From the NCBI RefSeq assembly GCF_009914755.1, contig NC_060926.1: 64,000 nt of DNA. One strand, written 5' to 3'. How positions within the stretch are numbered: the stretch's first letter is position 1; the number at the start of each line of letters is the position of its first letter. Below the pieces are notes generated by a model. The model did not search any database, was not told the origin of the DNA, and saw nothing but the letters and a program-made list of their open reading frames with translations. This DNA comes from the human T2T-CHM13v2.0 reference genome, Homo sapiens. Both the position numbers and the translations under genes were made by a program. Below, one piece after another: positions 18,901 through 34,810 of the stretch.

Positions 18901-20045
18901 AGTTTCATTTCTTTTATTTTTTTATTTTTATTATACTTTAATTTTTAGGGTACATGTGCACAATGTGCAGGTTAGTTACATATGTATACATGTGCCATGC
19001 TGGTGCGCTGCACCCACTAACTCGTCATCTAGCATTAGGTATATCTCCCAGTGCTATCCCTCCCCCCTCCCCCCACGCCACAACAGTCCCAGAGTGTGAT
19101 GTTCCCCTTCCTGTGTCCATGTGTTCTCATTGTTCAATTCCCATCTATGAGTGAGCATATGCGGTGTTTGGTTTTTTGTTCTTGCGATACTTTACTGAGA
19201 ATGATGATTTCCAATTTCATCCATGTCCCTACAAAGGACATCATGAACTCATCGTTTTTTATGGCTGCATAGTATTCCATGGTGTATATGTGCCACATTT
19301 TCTTAATCCAGTCTATCATTGTTGGACATTTGGGTTGGTTCCAAGTCTTTGCTATTGTGAATAGTGCCGCAATAAACATACATGTGCATGTGTCTTTATA
19401 GCAGCATGATTTATAGTCCTTTAGGGTATATACCCAGTAATGGGATGGCTGGGTCAAATGGTATTTCTAGTTCTAGATCCCTGAGGAATCGCCACACTGA
19501 CTTCCATAATTGTTGAACTAGTTTACAGTCCCACCAACAGTGTAAAAGTGTTCCTATTTCTCCACATCCTCTCCAGCACCTGTTGTTTCCTGACTTTTTA
19601 ATGATTGCCATTCTAACTGGTGTGAGATGATATCTCATTGTGGTTTTGATTTGCATTTCTCTGATGGCCAGTGATGGTGAGCATTTTTTCATGTGTTTTT
19701 TGGCTGCATAAATGTCTTCTTTTGAGAAGTGTCTGTTCATGTCCTTCACCCACTTGTTGATGGGGTTGTTTGTTTTTTTTTTGTAAATTTGTTTGAGTTC
19801 ATTGTAGATTCTGGATACTAGCCCTTTGTCAGATGAGTAGGTTGCGAAAATTTTCTCCCATTTTGTGGGTTGCCTGTTCACTCTGATGGTAGTCTCTTTT
19901 GCTGTGCAGAAGCTCTTTAGTTTAATTAGATCCCATTTGTCAATTTTGGCTTTTGTTGCCATTGCTTTTTGTGATTTAGACATGAAGTCCTTGCCCATGC
20001 CCATGTCCTGAATGGTATTGCCTAGGTTTTCTTCTAGGGTTTTTA

Positions 20046-20552
<507 letters not shown>

Positions 20553-20570
20553 TCATGGAATTTTCTTTCA

Positions 20571-21314
<744 letters not shown>

Positions 21315-21317
21315 TCA

Positions 21318-22779
<1,462 letters not shown>

Positions 22780-25086
22780 TTTTTTTTTTTTTTTTTTTAT
22801 TGATCATTCTTGGGTGTTTCTCGCAGAGGGGGATTTGGCAGGGTCATAGGACAATAGTGGAGGGAAGGTCAGCAGATAAACAAGTGAACAAAGGTCTCTG
22901 GTTTTCCTAGGCAGAGGACCCTGCGGCCTTCCGCAGTGTTTGTGTCCCTGGGTACTTAAGATTAGGGAGTGGTGATGACTCTTAAGGAGCATGCTGCCTT
23001 CAAGCATCTGTTTAACAAAGCACATCTTGCACCACCCTTAATCCATTTAACCCTGAGTGGACACAGCACATGTTTCAGAGAGCACAGGGTTGGGGATAAG
23101 GTCACAGATCAACAGGATCCCAAGGCAGAAGAATTTTTCTTAGTACAGAACAAAATGAAAAGTCTCCCATGTCTACCTCTATCCACACAGACCCGGCAAC
23201 CATCTGATTTCTCAATTTTTTCCCCACCCTTCCCGCCTTTCTATTCCACAAAACCGCCATTGTCATCATGGCCCATCCCCAATGAGCCGCTGGGCACACC
23301 TCCCAGACGGGTCGTGGCCGGGCAGAGGGGCTCCTCACTTCCCAGTAGGGGCGGCCGGGCAGAAGCGCCCCTCACCTCCCGGATGGGGCGGCTGGCCGGG
23401 CGGGGGGCTGACCCCCCCACCATCCTCCCGGACGGGGCGGCTGGCCAGGCAGAGGGGTTCCTCACTTCCCAGTAGGGGCGGCCGGGCAGAGGCGCCCCTC
23501 ACCTCCTGGATAGGGCGGCTGGCCGGGCGGGGGGCTGACCCCCCCACCTCCCTCCCGGACGGGGTGGCTGGCCGGGCAGAGGGGTCCTCACTTCCCAGTA
23601 GGGGCGGCCGGGCAGAGGCCCCCCTCACCTCCCGGATGGGGCGGATGGCCAGGCGGGGGGCTGATCCCCCCACCTCCCTCCCAGATGGGGCGGCTGGCCA
23701 GGCGGGGGGCTGACCCCCCCACCTCCCTCCCGGACGGGGCGGCTGGCCGGGCAGAGGGGCTCCTCACTTCCCAGTAGGGGCGGCCGGGCAGAGGCCCCCC
23801 TCACCTCCCGGATGGGGCGGCTGGCCAGGCGGGGGGCTGATCCCCCCACCTCCCTCCCGGACGGGGCGGCTGGCCGGGGGGGGGGGCTGACCCCCCCACC
23901 TCCCTCCCGGACGGGGCGGCTGGCCGGGCGGGGGGCTGACCCCCCCACCTCCCTCCCGGACAGGGCGGCTGGCCGGGCGGGGGGCTGACCCCCCCACCTC
24001 CCTCCCGGACGGGGCGGCTGGTCGGGCGGGGGGCTGATCCCCCCACCTCCCTCCCGGACTGGGCGGCTGGCCGGGCGGGGGGCTGACCCCCCCACCTCCC
24101 TCCCGGACGGGGCGGCTGGCCGGGCAGAGGGGCTCCTCACTTCCCAGTAGGGGCGGCCGGGCAGAGGCGCCCCTCACCTCCCGGACTGGGCGGCTGGCCG
24201 GGCGGGGGGCTGACCCCCCCCCCACCTCCCTCCCGGACGGGGTGGCTGCCGGGCGGAGACGCTCCTCACTTCCCAGACGGGGCGGTTGCCAGGCAGAGGG
24301 TTTCCTCACTTCTCAGACGGGGCGGCCGGGCAGAGACGCTCCTCACCTCCCAGACAGGGTTGTGGCCAGCAGAGGCGCTCCTCACATCCCAGACAGGGCG
24401 GCGGGGCAGAGGTGCTCCCCACATCTCAGACGATGGGCGGCCGGGCAGAGACGCTTCTCACTTCCTAGATGGGATGGCAGCGGGGAAGAGGCGCTCCTCG
24501 CTTCCTAGATGGGATGGCGGCCGGGCGGAGACGCTCCTCACTTTCCAGACTGGGCAGCCAGGCAGAGGCTCCTCATATCCCAGACGATGGGGGGCCAGGC
24601 AGAGACGCTCCTCACTTCCCAGACGGGGTGGCGGCTGGGCAGAGGCTGCAATCTCGGCACTTTGGGGGGCCAAGGCAGGCGGCTGGGAGGTGGAGGTTGT
24701 AGCGAGCCGAGATCACGCCACTGCACTCCAGCCTGGGCACCATTGAGCACTGAGTGAACGAGACTCCGTCTGCAATCCCAGCACCTCGGGAGGCCGAGGC
24801 TGGCGGATCACTCGCGGTTAGGAGCTGGAGACCAGCCCGGCCAACACAGCAAAACCCCGTCTCCACCAAAAAAAAAACGAAAACCAGTCAGGCGTGGCGG
24901 CGTGCGCCTGCAATGGCAGGCACTGGGCAGGCTGAGGCAGGAGAATCAGGCAGGGAGGTTGCAGTGAGCCGAGATGGCAGCAGTACCGTCCAGCTTTGGC
25001 TCGGCATCAGAGGGAGACCGTGGAAGGAGACCGTGGAGAGAGAGGAGAGGGAGAGGGAGAGGGAGAGGGAGAGGGAGAGGGAGAGC
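22780..25086 (-). mobile_element. Full-length SVA (SVA_D-like)
   Basis: (CCCTCT)n 5' end, Alu-like region, GC-rich VNTR, SINE-R, poly-A; 16-bp TSD gagtctaagtctcttt (22550-22565 / 25087-25102) encloses both SVA pieces. Confidence 0.95.
23310..24630. repeat. SVA VNTR (~35-50 bp GC-rich units)
   Basis: Repeating ccccccacctccctcccggacggggcggctggccgggcggggggctga and cctcacttcccagtaggggcggccgggcagagg units. Confidence 0.95.
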
Positions 25087-25562
25087 GAGTCTAAGTCTCT
25101 TTGTAGGTCACTCAGGACTTGCTTTATGAATCTGGGTGCTCCTGTATTGGGTGCATATATATTTAGGATAGTTAGCTCTTCTTGTTGAATTGATCCCTTG
25201 ACCATTATGTAATGGCCTTCTTTGTCTCTTTTGATCTTTGTTGGTTTAAAGTCTGTTTTATCAGAGACTAGGATTGCAACCCCTGCCTTTTTTTGTTTTC
25301 CATTTGCTTGGTAGATCTTCCTCCATCCTTTTATTTTGAGCCTATGTGTGTCTCTGCATATGAGATGGGTTTCCTGAATACAGCACACTGATGGGTCTTG
25401 GCTCTTTATCCAATTTGCCAGTCTGTGTCTTTTAATTGGAGCATTTAGTCCATTTACATTTAAAGTTAATATTGTCATGTGTGAATTTGATCCTGTCATT
25501 ATGATGTTAGCTGGTGATTTTGCTTGTTAGTTGATGCAGTTTCTTCCTAGTCTCGATGGTCT

Positions 25563-26576
25563 TTACATTTTGGCATGATTTTGCAGCAGCTGGTACCGGT
25601 TGTTCCTTTCCATGTTTAGTGCTTCCTTCAGGAGCTCTTTCAGGGCAGGCCTGGTGGTGACAAAATCTCTCAGCATTTGCTTGTCTGTAAAGTATTTTAT
25701 TTCTCCCTCACTTATGAAGCTTAGTTTGGCTGGATATGAAATTCTGGGTTGAAAATTCTTTTCTTTAAGAATGTTGAATATTGGCCCCCACTCTCTTCTG
25801 GCTTGTAGAGTTTCTGCCAAGAGATCTGCTGTTAGTCTGATGGGCTTCCCTTTGTGGGTAACCCGACCTTTCTCTCTGGCTGCCCTTAACATTTTTTCCT
25901 TCATTTCAACTTTGGTGAATCTGACAATTATGTGTCCTGGAGTTGCTCTTCTCAAGGAGTATCTTTGTGGCGTTCTCTGTATTTCCTGAATCTGAATGTT
26001 GGCCTGCCTTGCTAAATTGGGGAAGTTCTCCTGTATAATATCCTGCAGAGTGTTTTCCAACTTGGTTCCATTCTCCCAGTCACTTTCAGGTACACCAATC
26101 AGACGTAGATTTGGTCTTTTCACATAGTCCCATATTTCCTGGAATCTTTGTTCATTTCTTTATATTCTTTTTTCTCTAAACTTCCCTTCTCGCTTCATTT
26201 CATTCATTTCATCTTCCATCGCTGATACCCTTTCTTCCAGTTGATCGCATCGGCTCCTGAGGCTTCTGCATTCTTCACGTAGTTCTCGAGCCTTGGCTTT
26301 CAGCTCCATCAGCTCCTTTAAGCACTTCTCTGTATTGGTTATTCTAGTTATACATTGGTCTAAATTTTTTTCAAAGTTTTTAACTTCTTTGCCTTTGGTT
26401 TGAATTTCCTCCTGTAGCTCGTAGTTTGATCATCTGAAGCCTTCTTCTCTCAACTCGTCAAAGTCATTCTCCATCCAGCTTTGTTCCATTGCTGGTGAGG
26501 AACTGCGTTCCTTTGGAGGAGGAGAGGTGCTCTGCTTTTTAGAGTTTCCAGTTTTTCTGCTCTGTTTTTTCCCCAT
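25563..26576 (-). pseudogene. L1 ORF1 with premature stop
   Basis: ATG GGG AAA AAA CAG at 26576; in-frame TAA at 26162-26160; C-terminal ORF1 peptide KRPNLRLIGVPE...NHAKM. Confidence 0.9.
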
Positions 26577-27155
26577 CTTTGTGGTTTTATCTACTTTTGG
26601 TCTTTGATGATGGTGATGTACAGATGGGTTTTTGCTGTGGATGTCCTTTCTGTTTGTTAGTTTTCCTTCTAACAGACAGGACCCTCAGCTGCAGGTCTGT
26701 TGGAGTTTGCTAGAGGTCCACTCCAGACCCTGTTTGCCTGGGTATCAGCAGCGGTGTTTGCAGAACAGTGGTTTCTCGTGAACCGCGAATGCTGCTGTCT
26801 GATCGTTCCTCTGGAAATTTTGTCTCAGTGGAGTACCCGGCCGCATGAAGTGTCAGTCTGCCCCTGCTGGGGGGTGCCTCCCAGTTAGGCTGCTCAGGGG
26901 TCAGGGGTCAGGGACCCACTTAAGGAGGCAGTCTGCCTGTTCTCAGATCTCCAGCTGCGTGCTGGGAGAACCACTGCTCTCTTCAAAGCTGTCAGACAGG
27001 GACATTTAAGTCTGCAGAGGTTACTGCTGTCTTTTTGTTTGTGCCCTGCCCCCAGAGTTGGAGCCTACAGAGGCAGGCAGGCCTCCTTGAGCTGTGGTGG
27101 GCTCCACCCAGTTCGAGCTTCCCGGCTGCTTTGTTTACCTAAGCAAGCCTGGGCA

Positions 27156-27500
27156 ATGGCAGGCTCCCATCCCCCAGCCTCGCTGCCGCCTTGCAGTTTG
27201 ATCTCAGACTGCTGTGCTAGCAATCAGCGAGACTCCGTGGGCGTAGGACCGTCTGAGCCATGTGTGGGATATAATCTCCTGGTGCGCCGTTTTTTAAGCC
27301 CGTCGGAAAAGCACAGTATTAGGGTGGGAGTGACCCAATTTTCCAGGTGCCATCTGTCACCCCTTTCTTTGACTAGGAAAGGGAACTCCCTGACCCCTTG
27401 CACTTCCCAAGTGAGGCAGTGCCTCGCCCTGCTTCGGCTCGCGCACGGTGCGCACACCCACTGTCCTGCGCCCACTGTCTGGCACTCCCTAGTGAGATGA
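27156..27500 (+). CDS. L1 antisense ORF0 (open, 114 aa); translation unproven
   Basis: gcaATGG strong Kozak; MAGSHPPASLPPCSLISDCCASNQRDSVGVGPSEP matches primate L1 ORF0; lies downstream of the L1 antisense promoter region. Confidence 0.6.
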   Translation: MAGSHPPASLPPCSLISDCCASNQRDSVGVGPSEPCVGYNLLVRRFLSPSEKHSIRVGVTQFSRCHLSPLSLTRKGNSLTPCTSQVRQCLALLRLAHGAHTHCPAPTVWHSLVR

Positions 27501-27664
27501 ACCGGGTACCTCAGATGGAAATGCAGAAATCACCCATCTTCTGCGTCGCTCACGCTGGGAGCTGTAGACTGGAGCTGTTCCTATTCGGCCATCTTGGCTC
27601 CTCCCCCCAGTTTCATTTCTTAGAGTGAAGAGTGTAAGGAATGCATTCAATTTTATCATTTTAA

Positions 27665-27988
<324 letters not shown>

Positions 27989-27989
27989 T

Positions 27990-28430
27990 TTATTGTGGTT
28001 TTGGTTTGCATTTCCTGGCTTTCTAGTGGTGTTGAACGTTGTTCTATCTGCTTATTGGCTACTTACATACCTTCTCTGTAGAGATATCTTTTCAAATTCT
28101 TTGCTCATTTTTAAATTAGGTAATTTGATTTTTTTGTTGCTGTGGAGTGGTGATTTATTTATATATTCTGGATATGAACCCCTTATTTGATATAAGATTT
28201 GCAAATGTTTTCTCCCATTTCATAGGTTGGCTTTCCACACTATTGACTGTTTTCTTTGCCTGACAGACGTTTTTAAGTTTGATGTAGTCCCATTTATCTG
28301 CTTTTCTTTTTGCGGCCTCTGCTTTTGGTGTCATATCCAAGATATCATTACCAAATTCAATGTCATGGAACTTTCCCCTATGCTATCTTTTAGGAGTTTC
28401 ATAGTGTCAGGTCTGAAGGTTTAAGTCTTT
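27990..28430 (-). mobile_element. L1MB ORF2 3' region (continuation of 17870-18600)
   Basis: DMTPKA...DKWDYIKLKN...WEKTFAN remnants. Confidence 0.8.
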
Positions 28431-30114
28431 AGGTAGTAGTTAGTATTAATATCATTAGCATTATTATTACTACTTCTGCCACCCAGAAATGCCTCCTGCC
28501 ATTGATGCAGAAAATTAAGAGCTTACTGCAGTACATTTTAATGTAATAAATAGTAACTGTGTTCACTCACATAAATCTCTCTAATATCTCAGTAGAAGGA
28601 ATATGAAATAAATAGAAAGACGTGATCCTTTCTCTTAACTAAAGCCTAATCCACGAGATAAAATATTAGTCTTGTGTATTCTCAATGCCACCTCTTTGCT
28701 CCCTTGTAGCCTCTGCTCTTACTGGGGTGCAATCATTGTTTCCATTTGCAGTTGTCATTAATACTTTGCTTGTTTCCAACTGGACTTCCTGCATCACCAT
28801 GTGTGCAAAATACAAGAGAGAGTTGCCACCACATCTCTAGCAATTAAGGGGGAATTTCCCTCAGGCATTCAAGCAAAATGAAAGGGCTCTGGAGAAGACA
28901 CACACGTTGCAAATGTTGCTAATGCTGTGGTCAACCCTTGCCTTTAGGAAGAGTTACTAACAACAGAGAAGGGTCATCAGCCCCCGCTCAGTGAGTGCAG
29001 TCTACAACTTGCCATTGGCAAGGAAAAACTCTTTCAGCTCTTTCAGCTCAGAGCCCCCACTGCCACCAAGCCAGCCCCAGGCACGTCCCCTCTGTTGATT
29101 TCTGGAGTCTGCCTGACCAGAGAGACCACAGCTCATGGAGGCCCTAGTTTGTGTGGTTGGAAACCCCAGCCTGTTTTTCCCTCCCATCTGAACTGCAGTT
29201 TTAGGCTCTCTCTTTTTCCCGCCCCCTTGACTGACTGGGGTTTTTCTACGTAGGAGGATGGAGACATTACTTATGTCCTAGACTAGAAACCATGCAGACC
29301 TGCATGAATCTGAATCAAGGGAGGAGGCAGCCTTCTGGTCTGGACCAACTCAATAAGCAAAGACTCAGGAAGCAGCATCCGGGGGGAAGAGTGCCTGAGC
29401 GAGACCGGGCCCCTGGGAGCCCACCTGTGGGGCTTCACAGGCGCATAAGTCTGCTGCTGTGCATATCTTCCCTAAGGGGGAGACCTGAGGAGGGTTGCAG
29501 CTGCTCAGAAGCTCTGAAGACACTTCCTCTAGGAATGAGTCTAAGTGCCGGGCATTCCTAAGAACTCGGTGGCCTCACAGGATGCTGTGTGGCCCCTGTA
29601 CAGAGTTTGAATTTTAGGTGCCTAGTAACTCACTGGCCTCCCTCAGAAAACCTCCTTGAAGGAGGGGTTGTCTCTTTCCTATTGACCTAGCACAGTGTGT
29701 GCCACCAAAAAGGGGGCCTTAAGATAAGCAGTCCATTTATCTCTATCCTTTTACTTTCCTCCTCTTCAAATCCTGACTTACCAGTGTATCACCACTTCCC
29801 TGCTAGACCTTAAGCTCTAGGAAGGCAGGGCCTGCTTTGCTCACTGCTGCCCCGCAGCACCTAGAGAGAGCCTTAGAATCAAGATTTTGTTACACGAAAG
29901 AAGGAATGAATGGACAGATGTGTGACCCTGAACCTTTTAGAACCAGCTTGCTATTTCCTAGCTTGGTGGGGACACAAGAACCATTTATGATTCCTACTAC
30001 CCCGATGTTAGCCTGACTCCACTCCCCCTCATCAATAAATACCCTCCTCCCCGGCCCCCTTGTCACCCTGACCACCTGGCTTCCTACCTGGAGTAGGAGT
30101 GTGGTATTCAGCCC

Positions 30115-30523
30115 TGTATTATTAGTCAAGGTTCTCCAGGGAAACAGGACCAATGGGATGTGAGTATATAAAGAGATACATTTATTTTAAGGAACTGGCT
30201 TGTGAAATTGTACAGGCTGTAAGTCTGAAATCTGGAGGGCAGGCCAGCGGCCTGGAGCTCCCAGGAAGGGTGGATGTTACGGCTAAGTGTAAGGCAATCT
30301 GAAAAAGCAGAATTCTCTCTTTCTCAGGGCACCTCAGTCTTTTTCCTTCCCACTGACTGGATGAGATCCCCTCACATTATGGAGGGACATCTGTTTTACT
30401 TGAAGTTTACTGCATTAAATGTTCATCTCATCCAAAATATACCTTCACAGCAACATCCTGATTGATGTTGGACTCAGTAGGTATTATGGCCTAGCCAAGC
30501 TGACACATAAACTTACCAACACA
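30115..30523 (-). mobile_element. MLT2-type ERVL LTR
   Basis: tattagtcaaggttctccagggaaacagg...gcctagccaagctgacacataa. Confidence 0.8.
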
Positions 30524-32079
30524 TCCACCTTGGTGAGCCTCCAGCTAGTCCTGCCTGTAAAGTGCACTCCGCTTTTCACTATGCTGCACCCCAACGTGGG
30601 AAGAGCCAAGTGGGCCTGTCATTTTCCTCATTTTTACAAATTTCTTATAGAAACTCCATGAAAATCTGACTTTAGAATTTCTCTGGGGAACACAAACCAC
30701 CTTTCCTTCAAAGTCCAATGACTGTTTTGTGCATGTTTTATCTTAAATATTTGCGGGAACACAAAGACACCCTCGCATGGTTTATATTAGCTTCTCAAAG
30801 GTATCAGTGGAAGTTATTTTGAACAAAGACATTGGGTATTCCATTTCCCTGGGCCCAGCTGGCCTCACCTACCTTCTCATTTCCTGCCTGTCTTCCAGCA
30901 GGTCAGGAAATAGAGAACACGCCATCCTGGGATGCTCCCGAGGCATGTTCACATCAGATACGCAGAAGGACTGCAAGGCCCGAAGGGATAATGGGCAGGC
31001 ATATTCACTCCTTTAACTATTTCCTCAAATTGACGTGGTCACTGCGGAAAGCTTTCCATTGCTGGTGGTGGGTTTGCCGGACACAGAAGCTCATAACATA
31101 TGTAAAGGAAAGATCAAATGAAACTAATGCAAAAAGTGCCTTGTGGCTTAATGGTTTGCAAAAGTCCCTCTTTACTTCCTTAATCATGGGCCATGGTACT
31201 TTTCATTCTTAGAACTGGTCTGTGACCCACTCTTTGCTCCAGGGTGTGTGACAGTTGCCTGAGCCTGTTTCCCAGCCTCACCCAGGGTCTCCCTCTCTAT
31301 TTTAAGAGCTCACATTTTCTCACTCATGACCATTTTGAATGTTGACCCAGCTGCCCTCATAACCGTGGGCACTCTGTATGGAAAGCCCACATGGAGAGTT
31401 AGCCTCCAAATTTTGTTTTCATCCTTCCAACAAGCTTGGGCATAGATATTTCCTCCCCTCTTACAGGTAAGTAAACTGATTCTGAAAGTTTAGGTGCCTT
31501 GGCCACAGCTACCCTAGCAGGCAGGGCCAGGGCAAGATCAGGACTCAGGTTGGCTGATCCCAAAGCCCTCTGGCAGAAGTGGAGCGTGTCCTTCTAGTTC
31601 CTCTAACCCTCTCCTTCTCTGTGAGATGCCTGGTCTCAGGAGCTGGAACTCTCCAGCTTCTCCACTTCTGCCCAACATCACTTTATTTCAGAACAGATTA
31701 ATAAAGTTATCCATCATGAGGTGTGAATAACTGAGGTTGATTATGTATTCCTTCTCCCCGGGGCAGTAGGGGAGCTTGGCAAAGTCTTTATTTCTGGCTG
31801 AGGCCCAAGGAATGACACTTCTCATCGCCCCAAAACGTTACAGTTCTGCATGAACCAGGGGGTTCATATCTAGTAATGAAATTTTGGGTAAAGTCATGTG
31901 GCTAGGGGAGGTTTTGTTTAATTTCTATTTGTGGGAGCACAAAAGAACCTTCCTTTATCCTCTAGGAGGCATCGCCCCGTAGCATGCTTTGCTCATGAAC
32001 TCGCCTGAGAGCCATTCTCTGGGGGAGAAGCCACTCTGCAGCAGAGGTCAGGGACATATTCTCTTTGAATCTGAGTCAG

Positions 32080-33420
32080 GAATGCAGTCTCATTTATTTC
32101 TATGTGTCCACAGGGTCTAGCACATCAGAGAGGCTCAAGAAATCCTCGGTGAACTACTCTTGAGTTAATGAATAGGCTTATTTGTTTGTTCATCCAACAC
32201 AAGGTTGTTGATTACCTCTGATATGTTGGCCCCTCTGCAATGTGCTGGGTACACAGGTGAAAAGATAGACATGATTCCTGCCCTGAAAAGATGGACACAA
32301 ATCAGGGGATGCACAACAGTGTAAGTGTGACATAGGGCAGGTGACCCATCCCTGCCTGGGGCTCAAGGAAGACTGTGGCAGGGCTCAGTAGATGAAGGGC
32401 AAGCAAGGAACTGCAAGAAAAGAGAACATCATGCACAAAGGGCTGGAGGTAGTGGGAGCTGTATGTTTGAGATACTGCACATGTCTAGATACTGCAGATT
32501 CTGCATTGTGACCAGAGAATATCGCAAAGCAGGAGAAGTAAAAGAGGATCCTGGAGAGTTGGGCCAGATCCCAAAAGGTCTTGTCTACTAGTATTTTTCA
32601 AACTTGTCTTGACTGCAATCCAGGGTAAAAAATAATAATAATAATACATCTTACAATTACACCCAGGGCACACACCCAGGCATGAATCAACAGTCACAAA
32701 CAACACTGGCCCTCATCATGCACAAACCACTCTACAGTATTTCTATTCTATTCTACTTTTTAAGTGCTGGTTATTGATTTTACAACCTTCTAATGACTCT
32801 GCATACACCTTTGTAAGTCATGGAAGGGAGTCTGGACTTTATCCCAAGGTTAGGAGGGAGCCGTTGATGGGTTTTAAACCGGGGAGTGATGTGGTTTAGC
32901 TTCCTTGGTGGCATGACACTGCAGAGGGTGGATTGTGGCCGCTGCAGAGGGTGGATTGTGGTGGATGTCAGGAGGGCCACCCTGGGGCCTGCTGGTTGCT
33001 GTGATCCAGTTGAGAGAGGAGCACACCCCAAACGCAAGCATTGATGGAAAAAAGTGGATCGATTTTTGAGATTCCTAAAACAGAGAATAGATGGTTGGCT
33101 GGAACCATGAGGTGAGAGGAGGGAGAAGTCAAGTGTAACTCCAGGATTCTGCTTTGGAAATTGCAAGGAAAATAGGCTGTCTGTTGAGATACAGAGCGTG
33201 GGGAGAGCCCCCTGTGAGGGTGAAGGTACTGAGTTCCATGTTGGGCAGATTGGGTATGAAATATCCAAGAGCCGATGTCCCATGGATTTTGGTACTCAAG
33301 AGAGGGAGCTGGGTTTGGTGTGTGGAATTGGGCTGAGCAGCATTCCAGAACTTAGAATAGAGGAGGTATCCTAGAGAGGGTATGTGAGAAAAGCAAGGAC
33401 AGACTTGGGACACTCACAGT
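32080..33420 (-). mobile_element. L2 fragments with a probable small hAT insertion (~32585-32810)
   Basis: L2 motifs (tgtttgttcatccaacac; ggactttatccc...gttttaaaccggggagtgat). Confidence 0.55.
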
Positions 33421-34164
33421 CCTTCTCCAGAGTGATCTTTGAATCCGAGTAAGAATCAAGTCATCATCTGCAATGCACTCCAGGCCTCGGATAATATTAC
33501 TCAGAGGAGGTTAACACAGAACAGGCTTGTGTTTGACCTGATTGTTAAAGAGTGTCTCAAGAAACCTGACCTGAGCCTCCATTATGGCAAATAAACCTCT
33601 TCTCCTGGCTGAATATGGGGGAAGCCACATGCAAATTGCTAACCTGGGGGCTGGTTCACTCCTGTGGCTTGGCCATGTACTTCCAGTGTTTTCCATCTTG
33701 GCTGTTTTTGAACTGAATGTGTTCCTCATGCTGGAGAAAACATGTGTTTGATGTTATTAGAAACCTGAACAATTAAAATATGTTGGAAATTACTAGAAAT
33801 TGGAGCAGCTGGTTTTGAAATATTCTAGCCCTAGGTTTCAATGAGTAAGTTGGCTTCCTTGATAAGCAGTAGTATTAAATTCCAGCCCCCAAATTTGGCA
33901 AAGGACTTGGCTGCTATCCAGGATGCGGCCTGAAATAGCAGGTTCTGTCTGTCTCCCTCTCTCTCCCTTCATCTCACTGTCTCTGTTTTCCATTCCTGCC
34001 CATCACATCCAAGTATCTTGAGTTAAAACAGAAATGGCATAAAGTAGAAACATATAGATAAAACGCTACTCGCTTTTTCAATTGGCCTTTTCCTTATTAG
34101 CAAAATATGTTAACTGCAGAAATCTTAGAACATATAAGTTAGCAATGGAAGAAAGTAAAATAAT

Positions 34165-34810
34165 TCATCCATCTCGTAAACGTTTACTTAGTGGCCACTC
34201 TGCTCCAGAGACTTTTAAAGGTGCTGGAGACACAATAGTGAACAGAACCAACAGGAATCCCTGTCTATCATGCATGTTAGTAATAAGCGCTAAGAAGAGG
34301 ACAGGGGCATGAAATAGCAGTGGGTTGGTTGTTAACATGGTCACTATGATGAACGGGGAAGGACGCACTGAAAGGTGACTTCTGAAATAAGACTTGCAGG
34401 CAGTGGGGGAAGGAGACATGTGGAGAGCTGGAGGAAGAATATTCTGGGCAGAGGGAAGGGCACATGCAATGGTCCTGAGGCTGGAACATGCCCCATATGT
34501 TGGAGGCGCAGCAAGGAAATCAGTGTGGAGGAGCAGAGTGGGGGGTGGGGGAAGGAGAGAATATGGGGGTCAGAGAGGAAAGGTGGAGCTGAGGGAAAGA
34601 GCATAGAAAGCTTTCTAGATTTGTAAGTAATAACTTTGGCTTTCCCTCCCATTTCCAAATGAGTTTGGGGCCAATGGAAAAACTGATGCACAAGAGTGAC
34701 TTGATCTGATTTGCATCTGACCGGGAGCACCCTGGCTGCTGTGCTGATGAGGGACTTCAGGAGGGGGAGGTGAGAGGCAAGGAGATCAACGGGGTCAGCC
34801 CAAGACAACC
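34165..34810 (-). mobile_element. L2a 3' fragment
   Basis: ggtgctggagacacaatagtgaacag...ggtgacttctgaaataagacttg...ggtcctgaggctggaacatg. Confidence 0.75.

Noticed and set aside
23310-24630. Repeat array superficially like CRISPR
   Set aside because: Tandem SVA VNTR units with no unique spacers and no cas genes; eukaryotic context.
22969-24869. Many Pro/Gly/Arg-rich ORFs on both strands
   Set aside because: Translations of the stop-poor SVA VNTR and Alu-like region.
32919-32961. 20-bp direct repeat with 23-bp period
   Set aside because: Ordinary slippage duplication inside L2.
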